Assembly: GCF_002113885.1 (NCBI RefSeq)
Contig: NW_018405739.1
Coordinates: 576,977 to 640,976, forward strand
DNA: 64,000 bases
Direction of reading: 5' to 3'
From: Mizuhopecten yessoensis
Lineage: Eukaryota
Made by a program: the position numbers and the translations under genes. Positions 40,936 through 54,516 of the stretch are shown here, in pieces. The notes under the pieces were generated by a model. The model was not told the origin of the DNA and did not search any database. It was given only the letters and a program-made list of their open reading frames with translations. The number at the start of each line of letters is the position of its first letter. Position 1 is the first letter of the stretch.

Positions 40936-41277
40936 TTCTAAATTCTTAGAAAAGAAAGCTTAGTATGCAGTAAATGACATCTCATCAACAGTAGATACTG
41001 AATTATAGTTCAATACCTACTGTTTTTATAGTGTTTCTGACTATTCTAAGTAGGAATTAGACAGGAGTTATAGCAATACGAAATTAAAGACTGAATGTAA
41101 AACCACATGCAAATTAAATCCCAAACAATCAAATTTTGTCTGTCTCTCGGATAAACCACTTGTTTTGTGGTGTAATTTTGTACGACGTCTGAAAGAATTC
41201 ACATATCAGTAAGTAATTTAGTCGGATGAAGTTTGCTTGAGTTAATACACTAAACGAACAGTGATCTCATTACTCAC

Positions 41278-41360
41278 TTCGATTGGCATTTATGTGTTGA
41301 TTTCAGTTCCCAATAATCCGATTCGTACTTTCTTCCCTTCCACTTCGACATTCACAAATA
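41278..41360 (-). other. Probable first exon of the importin-alpha gene (5' UTR, possibly encoding in-frame MPIE)
   Basis: Donor GAA|GTGAGT at 41278/41277. ATG at 41289 gives ATG CCA ATC GAA, in frame with the next exon, which begins directly with ATG after TTCAG. The 5' boundary is unknown. Confidence 0.65.
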
Positions 41361-41560
41361 AAAGACGAAGCGAGCATGCGTTTCCGTAAGATGTTATTTC
41401 GCGGAAAAATAAAATCAAATTTATCTAGAAAAATAAAATCGTTAATATATAACAATTTAAATTAGAAAAACTTCAAGTGATGTATATAAATTTAGAAAAA
41501 TGAACATGAAATTAAGATTAACGTCATTTTGAGATTTACCGTGATTACCATTTATACAAC
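41290..41560. promoter_or_regulatory. Bidirectional promoter between importin-alpha and MIX23
   Basis: Divergent first exons less than 300 bp apart. Locally CpG-richer, with NRF1-like GAGCATGCG, E2F-like TTTCGCGG, a CRE half-site ACGTCA and YY1-like AACATGGC over the MIX23 start. Motif roles are inferred. Confidence 0.7.
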
Positions 41561-44500
41561 ATGGCTGCCTCCATGAACAAGGAGTGTGACTGCAGTGATT
41601 TTATGAAATTTCAGGTATTTGAAAAGATACGCACTGCTAAGGGATTTTGAACGAACCTGTTTTGTGAATGATAAAAATGTGTTACAAGCTGTCATCCATG
41701 AATAAGTAGAAGTTTGGTATTTTAGATCCATAGTATACCCACAGATAAGCTTAGTGTTTACCACGAGTTACACTGACTGGTTCAGGAACGATAACTTTGT
41801 TGAGGGCCGACGCATGTTGTCGAAATAGTTAATGTCATGTAACTGTCACTGCTCACCTGCCATGTATGACTCTCTACAAGTGTATTTTTAACATTTTACC
41901 ACCTATTAAGATAATGAACTTGTATAACAATAAACGAAGACAATTCTGCTGACCTCTGTAACAGGTGAGGTCATGCAAGAATAGTAGTGATGTTAGTATT
42001 TGTTGGTTACAATTCGGAACCTGGACGATTTTAGAACCCTTTATGTCTGTCTTTCAATCCTCTCTATGACTTGTTTAGTCTATTTGTATGATAATATGTG
42101 TGTATGATAATATGATTTTTGTGTCATACGTATACATGTATGTTTGTTGAAATTGATATCCATGAATAATTTTGTTATTATATATTTATATGTTTCATGT
42201 GAGGAGAGCTATGATTTAGCAAATGGCATTGTAATCCTCATAAAACAAAAAAAGAGGCAATAAATAAATTTAATTATGAATTAAGAGACGCAGTAGCACA
42301 TTCAGGGGGTGGTTGATACACTAAATTAATTTCTTGTAATGTTTTTTTTTAAATAAGGGAACATACAGATGGCTTTTGTGAGCGAGTCATGTGAAAGAAA
42401 ACATGTCTTTTTATAGTTATTCATTATTTCCTGCACAATGTTCAAAAAGATGTTTCGGGGGAATTTTGTAAAAGATGTCAAATTTGCTATCATTTTAGAG
42501 AGCTTGTATATAAAACCTGTATACTAGGTAGTATTTCCAATTCATAGCTACCAAAGTTATTTTATAATTCCCATTACAGAGTGTTGCAGGGTAGACACTT
42601 TTAACATCCTTATTATGTACAATTGGTTATAATGAATCAGTCATGGACTAGAATCGAAGAATCATGTTTCATTACATGCATATGCACCTCAATGAGGGTC
42701 AAATTGACTAAAATTTCAAAAATCTTCNTTTGAATATTACATGTTAATAACTTGATTGGAATTATAACCCTGAGTTGACAGTTTGATACTTTGAAAATTT
42801 TGGGGCTCAAAGGAGTCAGTGTGCTAAAATTTCTTCATTTTCCTTGTTTAGAATCAGAGGAGCTAGTTTCAAATACTTTTTAGTTTTAAATCTGCATGCT
42901 AGATATTGAATAAGGTGGTTTTATTGTTTTTTAGCTCACCTGCCCGAAGGGCTAGTGAGCTTATACCATGGCGCGTCGTCCGTCGTCTTTTCCTTTTAAC
43001 GAGATCTTCTGAAGAATGGACAGGTCTAGAGTCATGATATTTGGGTGATAGCTTCGTTGGTAGGAGCCTGACAAAGTTTGAGAATGAAAATGACCTTGAC
43101 TTACTTTCAAGGTCACAGCGGTCAAATATGTAAAAACTCTTTAAATGACTTCTTCTGAAGAACTAAAAGGTATAGAATCTTTATATTTGGCTGTTGGCTT
43201 CCTGATAGATCCCGACAAAGTTTGAGAACTAAAATGACCTTGACCTTCTTTCAAGATCACAGGTGTCAAATATGTCAAAAACATCAAACGGCATCTTCTG
43301 AATAAAGCATAAAATTATAATATTTGGCTGGTGGCTTCCTAGGATAGAGCTCACCAAAGTTTTCGAATGAGATGACCTCAACCTACCTTAAAGGACAGAG
43401 ATCAACAGCATTTTAAAGGATTCGTTCTTAAGAACCAAATGGAATGGATTCATAGGATTTGGCTGGTAGCTTTTTGGGATAGAGCTAACAAAGTATGAGA
43501 AGGAAAATGACATTGACCTACTTACAAGGTCACAGGGAAAAATATGTCAATTTACTTCTGAAGAAGAACCAAAAAGCATAGAATCTTATAGTAATATTTG
43601 GCTGGTAGGTTCAACAGATGGAGCCGACAAAGTTTGTGAGGGAAATATTTGTAGTGCAATATAATATTGAATGAGAATATTTTGCTATGACTGCTTAAAT
43701 ATTCAGGTGAGCGACACAGGCCCTCTGGGCCTCTTGTTGTCACTTTGAATAATATTTCTGTTTCTGTTAAAAAGAAAATCAACTCTCTGTATAAGTATAT
43801 CAGGTGACCGTTAAGGCCCATGGGCCTCTTGTTTTTAATACTCTTCTAAAGAACAGTCACTATGCTTTCCTATGGTATGTAATTCAATTCTTTGTAAGTT
43901 GCTGATGAAAACTTCTTCTGAAATACATTGTTAAATGTACCCCTACTCCCTTATTTTCAAAACTTTCTTTGACCACATGTGTCAGGCTGAGAAAAGCTGA
44001 CAGCACTATAATTGGTACTCCAATAACATAAATGGCGCTGGTTGGCTGTTTTTTTATCGAAAAATTTGGAGCCATATGGCAATGCACAAGAAGGGAATCA
44101 AGACGAACCATTCTTGACTTTTTCTTATGCATTGTTTATTTTCTTTACTTTGCAGGAATGTTTGAAGACTATGCGTACTGTTGATGATAGGATTATACAT
44201 GGTTTGAACACAGCAATACCCACCAAACTTTTTGCAAGCAAAGTAGATGTGACAGAAACTTGTAAAGGTCTTTATGAAGAGGTAAGATCAAAGGGACATT
44301 ATCCAGAAATTAGTACATTTTCAGTGTGTTTACTAGGCTAACTAATGAGGTAAGGAGCCCTGTATTCAAAGCAAATATCATATATAAGTATTTCACAACA
44401 TTCCTTTAGCATTCCTCCCCGTCTTCTTAGTACACCAAAAGATTCCACACTGCAAACTGATGAGTTGTTTTCGATACTGAAAGTAGCCCTGCTCTGTACC

Positions 44501-47500
44501 TTCTCTCACACTGAACACTAAAACTCTACTAAGTTTGTATAAACATTCTGTTAGAAAAGAGCTTGATTCTCGTGACTTCATTCTAAAACCAAAAATATAT
44601 ATGTTTCAGGTACCCTGATCACAACCCTTGATTTTACCTCCAACCCTAACAATTTTATTGACTCAAACACACTTAAATGTCTCGTTCCAACTTACCAGAG
44701 AAGTGTAAGGGCCTTTATGACACCTCTTTACTGCATAGACAGGTATCAAGTCCAAATTGTAGTCCTATGTTATTATTTAAAAGACCTAAAAATATAATTT
44801 TCAAAAAAAACAACCTAATAAATTAAAAATAAATCCCTTCTGACCTTCCCCTCTTTTTTTTAGTTTTGGCACAACGGTATTGCAGTTATGATCCATGGTT
44901 TGGTAACACCTCACACAGTACATTTTGATTATATAAATATCTTCCGAGAACTTTGTCCAAAAAGAAATTGTTTTTAACTTTCTGCTGATAACATAAATTG
45001 ATTGGTTAATTTCTTCAATTTATGTTATATCAGAATACCAAAATAAATGTAAACTTGCAATTCAAAAACAAGTTGAACTTGCTTCATAATCATTTAATAT
45101 TAATATATATATTTCATGTATGCTATCTAAATTAATCAACCTAATTTGTGAAAAATCTGAGTTACCTAGGTATATCTTAAAATAATTGCATGCATGATAG
45201 AAAGATTTTAATAATCAATCATGGTTCATCATGTTCTTGGTATTGGGTATTACCATTTAGCTACTTCAGATTGTGTATGCAAATATATGAAGTTTGTAAA
45301 GATTTCCTTATAAGGCCCACCCATCTGCCCCAAGGGCACTTATGACGAGAACAACTTTTTTCAATAAAAAAAGTCTTGAGATTTATGATGTGCATATTGT
45401 TTTGTTTCAGATTATTCAATCACATCAGGCTAGAGAGAGGGCTATAAGGAAATGTGTAACAGAATCAGGAGATATAGTCATGGAACTGAGTAAGCAACGT
45501 GATAACGATATGGACAATATTGAGTTGCTGAAAGATCTACGGACAGCACAAACAAAGGTAAAAGCAAGAGACAGGTACAGGAAATTCACATCATATATAT
45601 TGCTGGGGTTAAGTAATACATCAAACAACTTTCAGTGATATTGTAGAAACTTTTCAGTGTGTTATATAATTTTGATAGCACATACATCACAAACATCTAC
45701 TACAACAAAAACCAAACGTTCAATTTTAAAGTTAGAGTACACTACACACAATTCTTTGTTCAAACAACTTGTGCTGCTTTCTCTCCCTGTACACTGCCAG
45801 TGTTCTCACTAAAAACAGGTCATCTTTTTAGTGTGCTCAACCGCCTATTTCAAAATTTGGTAAGCGACTAATAATTTACTAACTAGCCTGCTGACTGAGA
45901 GCTATATGTCCATCTGTTAAGTCCACTTGTCAACATTTTAGCCTGCATGGTACAATTCTTATCATTCACCATCTGCCAGTTAACCTTTTACCTTTTCATT
46001 TTCTTTTTAAGAACAGCCATTAAGACTTTGTCCAGACTTGGCACGGATGTTCTTTTCATAACATATCAATGCTGTCTTGGTTGATTCCATAAATCCATTT
46101 TGCTCATGTTGAAATAATCCTTTTCTTTCACGATTTTAAATAAAGCTCCTTCTTATATGGTTACGTATGTTCAAATGTCTGTGTATGGATCAGTTTTGAA
46201 AAAGATCACTATATAATTTTATGTATGTAAAAGTGTACTTGTTTACTATATACCTGTAAATGTGTACCTGGATATTCATCAATATAGACATATAAGTTAA
46301 CAGCAAACTGTTTAAGTTGAAGAAATGTTGCCACTTTGTGAACAGACACATGGTAGTTCGGTGTTGAAGATGAATTTGTGTCATATTATCGATCACTTGG
46401 TATATCAAAAAGGATTCTGTGTCATAGAAGAGCACTAATACAATGATGATAAAGGTTACTTCATTTTAATGCAAATCATCTCATTCCAATTATGTATATT
46501 ATTAGGAACTAATTTTGGGCATTTCTGAACATCCATGGAAGATATTTTTGACTTTTGCTCAAGTACCAGTTTTCCAATTCTTACCCAACTTCATATAAAT
46601 AGTCCACTAAATGCTGTATTGAAATAGCTCGATTAACAACAGTGATTGCCACAGCCTCTAACTGGCATTATTACCGACACGTTTAGGTATAATTAATTTA
46701 GACTTATTTTGCAGCAATATGTCAGATTCCTACAGCTGTTTTATTATTTTTTCAGTTGCGGCTAATGAAATCCGAATTCTATGTAGATGAAATTGTGAAT
46801 GACAGAACGTTTAAAGTAAGTAATACCTCAACTGTCTACAGAAAATGATATCATATGCTTAATTTGTCTTTTTAAAATTACATGTTCATCAACTCTCAGG
46901 CCAACTATTAATAAGTGTTAATAAACCAGCTGATTGTCACATTGATTGGTTACATCCTGATTTATGGAACATTGTCTCCAGGAACAGCTCAGGAGACTAA
47001 ATTTTGTCATTTTCAGCAGAAAAACCCAGTCAATATGGAACCTTTTTGGTACCAAAAAAACAGTCGCAAGTCATTTTGTACTGGTTGTCACTACATGTAT
47101 ATATATCATATCAGAATGGTCATAACAGTCGAGTCATGGCAGGTTTGACAGTATTCTTACATGTATGCATCCATTTACAGTTTCCTTTTCCACTCCCTAA
47201 TTTATTTATCAAAAAAAAACCACTCAACAATGATATCCGACATTGAATAGTAAACTTCCAGATCTTCAATTTGTTTGGAGTTTTCAACATTGAAATGAAA
47301 TCACGGTTTCCCAAGGTGAAGAAATTATTCTGGCTTGTAAATTTTTAGATTAAGGTAGCACATTACATTCAGTATTATGTTTGACTTTCAACTCATAGAC
47401 AGTTCCAATGAGTGTATTAAATCTATTGCTTTTTATTTTTCAGGCTTTTTATGAGCGGTGTGGAACAGCGCTCAAATTTCCAAATAAGCCTAGATTGTGA
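41561..47500 (+). CDS. MIX23: Mitochondrial intermembrane space protein MIX23 (CCDC58), 147 aa
   Basis: Exons 41561-41614, 44156-44281, 45411-45557, 46756-46815, 47444-47500, all phase 0 and GT-AG. Product [41 protein letters not shown]...CKGLYEE...RERAIRKCV...[37 protein letters not shown]... matches MIX23 family motifs ([35 protein letters not shown]). Confidence 0.95.
42689..43836 (+). mobile_element. Family A HINE-like copy, inverted relative to 37595, interrupted by a nested element
   Basis: 42806-42931 and 43739-43836 are reverse complements of contiguous sequence at 37595-37815. Confidence 0.85.
42932..43738 (+). mobile_element. Nested full-length HINE-like element (family B) with ~140-bp internal tandem repeats
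   Basis: Starts TAGCTCACCTGCCCGAAGGGCTAGTGAGC, followed by (GTC)n and repeated GACCTTGAC...TTTCAAGGTCACAG units. Ends CAGGTGAGCGACACAGGCCCTCTGGGCCTCTTGTT. Inserted in a T-run. Confidence 0.85.
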
Positions 47501-49486
47501 AGACTGATCAATAGACAATGACAGTGTGTGCGAGGCTTTTTATTTGCTGGATGAGTGATTGAAAGATAGTTTTTTTAGTAACAATCAAAGTTATTATAAA
47601 AATGACAATCTGATTATATTCATCTGTTACATGGCTTCATTAACTTCTTATGTTTAACAGATGATTTTAATCACATTGTGAAAATGATAATGTGTTTAGG
47701 GAACAGAAAATATGTCAAATCATGTGTAATAACTCTCTTTGCTTTACATGGCCCCAATGAAGACAAAGTGTATTTCGGGGGGAACAAACTGCCAGACAGA
47801 ATCGTAATAGTTTGCATAATGCAATATATCAATAACAAATTGCTATATTATTTGTACTGGTACATTTCCTTAAAGAAAATGGTTAACCAATCTTTTAAAA
47901 CCAAAATTCATAAAATATATAATGGGTGTGATGTCATAAATGAAAGAGGTATTGATTGTAACAAGAGTAACCTCCCTTGCTGTTCATGGTGAATAGCATT
48001 ATAAAATTGAGAACAAAAATATTCTCATGAATGTATTTTTTTTAATTTACCAATACACGTTGTTTTATGAAACATGTTTAAGGTAGAGTGTGCGGCCAAC
48101 TTTCACAGTAACACAGGCCTTAAAACTTGCATTAATGTACATTCATAGATTGTCTTTACAGCAAGTTTTAATATTTTGAAATTATCCCAAGATGAAGAAA
48201 AAATGAACATTACAAATACCATGACCTGTTGCCAGTGGTTATGTTCTTTGCTTTATAATCACGAGGCTCAGCTATCAAGTCCTCATAGGAAGATGTTTTT
48301 GAAGAAATGGAATGTATATTCGATATATTTCTTAAAACATTATTCTTTGCTGTAATTGCTCAACGAACTTAAAGTGGGGAAATGCAGAATAGATTGAATC
48401 ACTTCTTCATTGGAAATACAACACAACGCACTGGGACACTCTACCTTAAAACTTTGTCTGGCTGATTACTCAATTGTACATCATTATCTGCTGCAAGTAA
48501 AGAGGAACATACACTTCTGATGTGGTAGTTCTGTTGAAGGTTGAGTATTGGTATTTCTGTGTGGCAGTTGGTGTAGGTAATACCTATATTAAATTGATTT
48601 CTATTGTAATTATTTTTGTATTCTTGTTTTTTATAATTACATGTAATTTTTAGGCACCATATGCTCATCAACTGGTTGGAAACAAGCTAACTGGAATGTA
48701 ATACTTTCTCCAACAAACAAGATGGTGTTGTTTCTTTACAGTAAATGAAGTTCCTAAAATGTGAATTTTACCAATTTTTGTGGTCCAAACCAAAGACTAA
48801 GGGAACTTTATTATGGAGTACAAATCAGTTTAATTCTTATTCAGGTTTAGCAGTCCATCAATAGGAGCATAATGTGTTGTCAGTCTGTTTGTATAACACC
48901 ATGACTGCAACTACTGGAACACGGTATGAAATTTTATCATTTCTTCATATTTGTTAGGCACATTTTAATCTTATAGCATAATTTTAAATGAGTAAAGTCA
49001 AAGCGAGGCAATCCCTACATTTTTACACAGTTAACTAGATACTTAAGAACCTTGCCTTATTAATGTTTTCCCATAGGAATAGAAGAAATCATTCAAAATT
49101 GCAGAGTAAAAGTAGAAATGTGTATTTTTGGGGATAAGTTTTCAATATTTCAATAAATTTTGTTTCAAGAATGTCCCATCGTGACAAGGTGAAGGAGTTT
49201 TCTGATATAGAGTTTGGGTTGTACATATGTTCACATTTTATTATTGCTCCAGGAACTTCATTTTTAAAAGGATCCAGATCAAACTTCATATATTGGTCAA
49301 GTATAAGAAACCTTTGAAAGATCCATATTTCTAGGAGCCAAGGTCACTTACTATTTACAGAAAACCCTTGCCATTGCTCTAGCAGCTTTACTTCTGGAAG
49401 ACTTTTATTCAAACTTAAATGTATTGATGGAGAATACCTAAAACGATGGTGTATATCAGGATACCAAGGTCAATGCTGCTACTAGT

Positions 49487-49747
49487 GCCTATATTCATGA
49501 AGCAAGTCTCGTGCTCAAACTCAGATTTTGTGCTCAAGCCTAATTTCTTGTTCCAGTTATCAATAAATAAAATATCACATTTTGTCCGCAATTTATGATT
49601 ATTTTGGAGGAACCTCAAGCAGAGAGTTGTTTAAAATGTTTGTACTTGACATTTTTACCATGTCACATGATTTAAGCAAGTTACAAGCAAGCTGGTTTGA
49701 GCACAGAATCCATGCTTGAGCATGAGAACAGCTTCATGAATACAAGC
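49487..49747. mobile_element. MITE with ~55-bp imperfect terminal inverted repeats
   Basis: Left arm GCCTATATTCATGAAGCAAGTCTCGTGCTCAAACTCAGATTTTGTGCTCAAGCC. Reverse complement of right arm GCTTGTATTCATGAAGCTGTTCTCATGCTCAAGCATGGATTCTGTGCTCAAACC. Confidence 0.8.
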
Positions 49748-50615
49748 CTGTTACTTTATTTGCAATGCTTCATCATTTATGTTTGGCTGGAGTTTGATAA
49801 ACTTGATTTATAAGTATATAAGTTACCTGGAACGAGTGCCTGAGTTAACGTCACGTTACTATTTATAGAATTCCTTTGTCAATGCTTTAGCGTCGGCATG
49901 GAGAGATAACAATTCATATATTTAACAAGTAGGAGAATATGTTTTAAGCAGTTAGTGCTACAGAGGGGTTGTTTCCAAGGTTAATTATTACTATTTATAG
50001 AATTTTTGGTCGTCACAAAAGCAACTTCATGTTTCTTTTTGTAAAACTAAACCCTGCTTACCACAAAGCAGCCATGGTACTATAGGTACTGTAAAATATA
50101 AAACAACTTTTGGAAAGACAAATAGCATTTTAATAAGAGCAGATGAAAATGTATTTTAATCACAACAAAATATAGTATCTCACAATAATTTACAATATGC
50201 AGATGTGATAATAATTATGGTGTTGATGCATCATTTTTTTTTTTCAATTTCTCTCGTTCTGTGAGCTTCATATTTTGTGTTAGTCCGTTCCTCAAATTGT
50301 TTACTTTTTTTCCTTCTAACCCAAAAAAACATTGTATAAACGGTCAAAAACAGTACATTCATGATACTCATAGACATCTTCACTCGAAAATAGTCGTTTG
50401 CCAGGGACACCAGGCCAGACCTGAAACCAAAGAAGAAACATTCTCAATTTATCTAGCTTGATTGAGTTACGTAGTGAAGAAATATTATTCCATGAAAACA
50501 ATATATAGCATAAACCAAACAATGAGTCTGAATCGCTCAACTGTTTAATATTCAACGGTGTTTGCAAACACATTCTTAAAAGTGGGTCAAGGTTAAGTTT
50601 AATTACAAGTAAACT

Positions 50616-51530
50616 AACAAGAGGCCCAATGGGCCTGCATCTCTCACCTGGTATAAATCTCACACTTGTAACCTTAAAAGTGATCTAAAATAAAGCTACA
50701 GGCAAAATATCAGTATTTATGATTAAAATTCATTCAAAAGACCCTGTTATTTTTTTTAAAACATTTCACCCCTGTGATTGAAAGTCGAAACAAAGTCATT
50801 ATGTTGAACAAATTTTATAGCCATTCTTCTCAGGATGTAACTTGCAAAGTATCAACATCCTGGGACCCATGGTTATTCAGAAGAGGCTGTTTAAAGATTT
50901 TAAACAAATTTGACCCCTGTGGCCTTGAATATAAGTCAAAGTCATTCACTTTAACAAACATAGTAGTCCTTGATCCCAGCATGCTACTGACTAAATATCA
51001 ACATCCTGAGCCTTTTGGTTATTCAGAACAAGTTGTTTAAATATTTTGAACATATTTGCTCCTTGTGACCTTGAATATGATTCAAGGTCATACATTTAAA
51101 CAAACTTGGTAGCCCTTGATCCTAGTATGCTACTGACTNGTTATTCAGAAGAAGTTGTTTAAAGGTTTTTTAAGACAATTGACCCCTGTGACCTTGAATA
51201 TAATTGAAGGTCATTCATTTGAACAAACTTGGTAGCCCTTCACCCAAGCATGCTACTGGCCAAATATCATCTCCCTGGGCAGTTTGGTTATCGAGTAGAA
51301 GATATTAAAAGTTTTTAACATATTTGACCCCTGTGACCTTGAAAATGGGTGAAGGTCATTTATTAGAACAAAGTTGGTAGTCCTTCATCTCGGTTTGCTT
51401 CTGGCCAAATATCATCACCCTAGGCCTTTCGGTCATTAAAAAGAAGTCGTTTAAAGTAAAATATTGACGCCGGACGGACGCCGCACCATGGCATAAGCTT
51501 TCTTGGCACTTAGTGCCAGGTGAGCTAAAA
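50616..51530 (-). mobile_element. Full-length HINE-like element with ~140-bp internal tandem repeats
   Basis: Hairpin AGGCCCAATGGGCCT plus CTCACCTGG at one end. (GACG)n, TGGCAC-TTA-GTGCCA and CAGGTGAGCTAAAA at the other. Units TTTGACCCCTGTGACCTTGAA...AACAAACTTGGTAG. Confidence 0.85.
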
Positions 51531-52080
51531 ATTAAGAAAGATCTCTCCAGTACTTCCTGAGTAATGGCCAAAACAAACCTTTACTGTCAAAATCCAAGAT
51601 GGCTGTCTGTCTGCCATTTTTTTTTATCTGATCAGTCTCAAAAGTAAATATGAACAACTAAGGACCTAGGGGAACCTACATATTAGATTTGAGAAAGATC
51701 TCTCCACTACTTATTGAGAAACAGCGATAACAAAGATCCAAGGATGGCTGCCTGTCAGCCATTTTGTTTGCCTTATCAGTCTCAAAAGTTAACCTGCACA
51801 ACGACCGACCATGGAAAACCTGCATATCAAATTTGAGAATGATCACTCCAGTACTTCCTGAGAAATAGTGATAACAAACCTTTAATTTCACAATCCAAGA
51901 TGGTGGCCTGTCTGCCGTGTTTATCTGATCAATCTCAAAAGTTGCTCTGCACAACTAAGGACCAAGGGGAATCTCCATATAAAATGTGAGAAAGATCCCT
52001 CTGGTACTTTCTGAGAAATGACAATAACAAGAATTGATTAAGGACGGACGACGGACAAATGGACCACGGGTGATTTGAAA
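51531..52080. mobile_element. Fragment of a third non-autonomous family with ~150-bp tandem units
   Basis: Repeated GAGAAAGATC.CTCCAGTACTT.CTGAGAAA...ATCCAAGATGGC; ends in (GGAC)n. Confidence 0.7.
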
Positions 52081-54099
52081 AATGTTCTAGATATATTTGA
52101 CCCGTTACCTGAAAAGTAGGTCAAAATCACTTATTTAATTTTTTTCTCTCCAAATATCACTACTAAAATTCAGATCATAATTAATCATCAGAAGTCACTT
52201 ATTTAAATATTTAACACATTTCTCCCTCTAAGTTTTTCATAGTCTAATATCTCATGACTAATATCATTTCAGATTTCAAACTTTCTAGTAATGCAGTAAG
52301 TTACTAGCTAAATGTCATGACTAAAGGATTTTGGTTCTTGGAAAGAAAACCTTTGAGTGTTCTACCAATTTTGACTCGGTATAATACTAATGGTTTTGAA
52401 ATGTAAAAATTTGATGTGGTAGGCTGGAACCTATAGTGACATGCAGCACTATTCCATGATAGAAATTTACAAATACAGTACAGTGTAACAGATTTATAAC
52501 AATTTAATCTCCAAAGATTGATGTTCAAGACTATAAAATCACAAAGTTATAGACTTACCCAACAAAATCTGGTACATGCTCAACTTTTTTGAAAAACTTC
52601 ATGCGAACAAGCATTTGCTTTATTTCCGGTGTTGCATACTTCATACCAACCACAGTCCCTTCAAACAGAAAGATTTTCTTTATTATTTTTCTATCAAGTG
52701 AACAATTTTTTATACAAACAGTGTATGTACAACTATTATTTTGAAAATACCAAATCGGAAATGCTGTTCTTCATACAATGTACATGCACCAGATAATTTA
52801 GTAAAAACAGGGGAACAACATTTATTATCCCCTCGCGACAAAGTAGGGGATCCCGAGTGGATGTAGCGCTCCAATCCTATGTTTTTTCACGTCATCACTG
52901 TAATAACTTCATTCCAGCAGGGATTTTGATAAAAGTTCATTTAGTGTCATGCAAGAGAATACCCTGAATGAGGTCAGGTCATAAAGGGTAAGTTTGTTTT
53001 GAATACAAACAGTCTGAGTTACAGGAATTGAAATTTATTTGCGACCCTTCAAAAACATCTTTTTCATTTGTCAAGCAGTGTGTACAAATGACCGGTGTCT
53101 TGACTCTGAACTGCTAAAAACAACTCACCGAGCCACAGCCAAATGAGTTAAGTCAGCTGTCAAAAATCATAGAGACATTTTGCCCAATTGCATTATAACA
53201 CTGCAATCAGTCAGTCAGTGGGACTGGTAACATGTTTATGTCCAGCAATGTGCAACGTTGAGCATAATCTTTTGCTGGAGAGGACCCGCCAAATTTACAT
53301 TGGGTGGCAGTGTTACTTATGTCAAAACCCTGTGGTACCTTGTAAGGCCAGTTCTGGTGGTTATGGAAGGTGCTTTGGTAGATAGGGAGCTGGAGGACCA
53401 ATGGATTTCCCTAAGCCAACTCTCGGAGAGGGGAACAGTGAAGCAGCCATGGAATAAGAAAGGAAAGCTAGGTTTTCCATTGATGCGATCTAGTCCTGGG
53501 ACATGCCCACTAGATCAACATTGTCAGGCGTGGTCAGTAGCTAGATTGGTACCTGTTAGTGCAGCATTACACAATGCATAGTTACAGTTTTTCGGTAGTG
53601 TAATATGGATCCTCAAGTTACAGGTGGGGTTTAACTGTTAAAAGCAGTTAATATTTTCAACATTTTGTATCAGGTGAGAGGCTATTCTACAAAGTGGCTG
53701 CCACTTCTAAGACACATGTTTCAAATGTGGCTATACTCATAGGACTCTTTAACTTCAGTGATCGTGGCTGATCAATAGTATTTACTGTAATCTGAACAGG
53801 AAACCTATGGAGGAAATGATGTAGTGGTGTATATCAAAAGTGATTTTTACTTCCTTTTTTTTTTACAGTACAGGTAACTATGAAAATGTGGCTAGTCCAG
53901 ATGAGAGGATACTTGTGATGTAACATGCATGTTATAGGGCGATAAATTGAAAAATACATTGTTCCAGCTTTTGTAGTAGCTTGATTTTGCAATGGTGTTA
54001 AAAACTTATTTCTCAAAATAGAAAGCAACCCTTTCATGTACAGTTAAGTCCAAATGATTTACGCCCCTAGTGGAATATGTCTGCACTAGGCTACCTGAA

Positions 54100-54325
54100 C
54101 TGTTTCAACCAGGAGCCTGTTTGTTAATTCGGAACAACCGATTTGTCTGTTTTGAAATGTAACTTTTTTGGGTTTAAATCCTGGCAGATCTGGACCTGCA
54201 AATGTTTATGCAGGCCTTGCAAGGCTTTGTCGAGGCTCGCCTAAAAGCAGTATCAGATTTCTAGGTCAGACCTTATTTCATAAACAACCAACTCTGCTCC
54301 AACCGTTTGGATCGTGATAAACGAA
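54100..54325. mobile_element. Interspersed repeat (MITE-like), inverted copy of 35395-35585
   Basis: GGACCTGCAAATGTTTATG, GACCTTATTTCATAAAC and CAACCGTTTGGATC. Confidence 0.7.
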
Positions 54326-54359
54326 AGTGGCCTGAAATACGCGAATGCGACCTAACTAG

Positions 54360-54516
54360 TGTAGTAGGACGAGGAATAGTGATAAAGATAGTGCCATCGC
54401 TGGGCCTCGAACCCGCGACCCTTGACTCTCCAGCCTGATGCTCTACCGCTGAGCTTAAGGGAAATTCCCCACAGCTGACACTTGAAAGGCAACCTAATTA
54501 ATCCACATCTTTTACA
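54360..54516 (-). mobile_element. 157-bp solo-LTR-like element containing a tRNA-like module
   Basis: TGT...ACA termini with 4-bp direct repeat CTAG at 54356-54359 and 54517-54520. Minus strand carries AGCTCAGCGGTAGAGCA (A box/D arm) and GGGTTCGAGGCCC (B box). Confidence 0.85.

Noticed and set aside
46000-46600. Coding-like relic on the minus strand in MIX23 intron 3
   Set aside because: Multiple stops and no family recognised.
53188-53581. GC-richer block with overlapping ORFs
   Set aside because: Only a faint GGSVTYVK endonuclease-like trace; not identifiable.
54400-54460. tRNA gene on the minus strand (also at 40655 and 40853)
   Set aside because: A/B boxes are present, but acceptor and anticodon stems do not pair and the sequence sits inside repeats.
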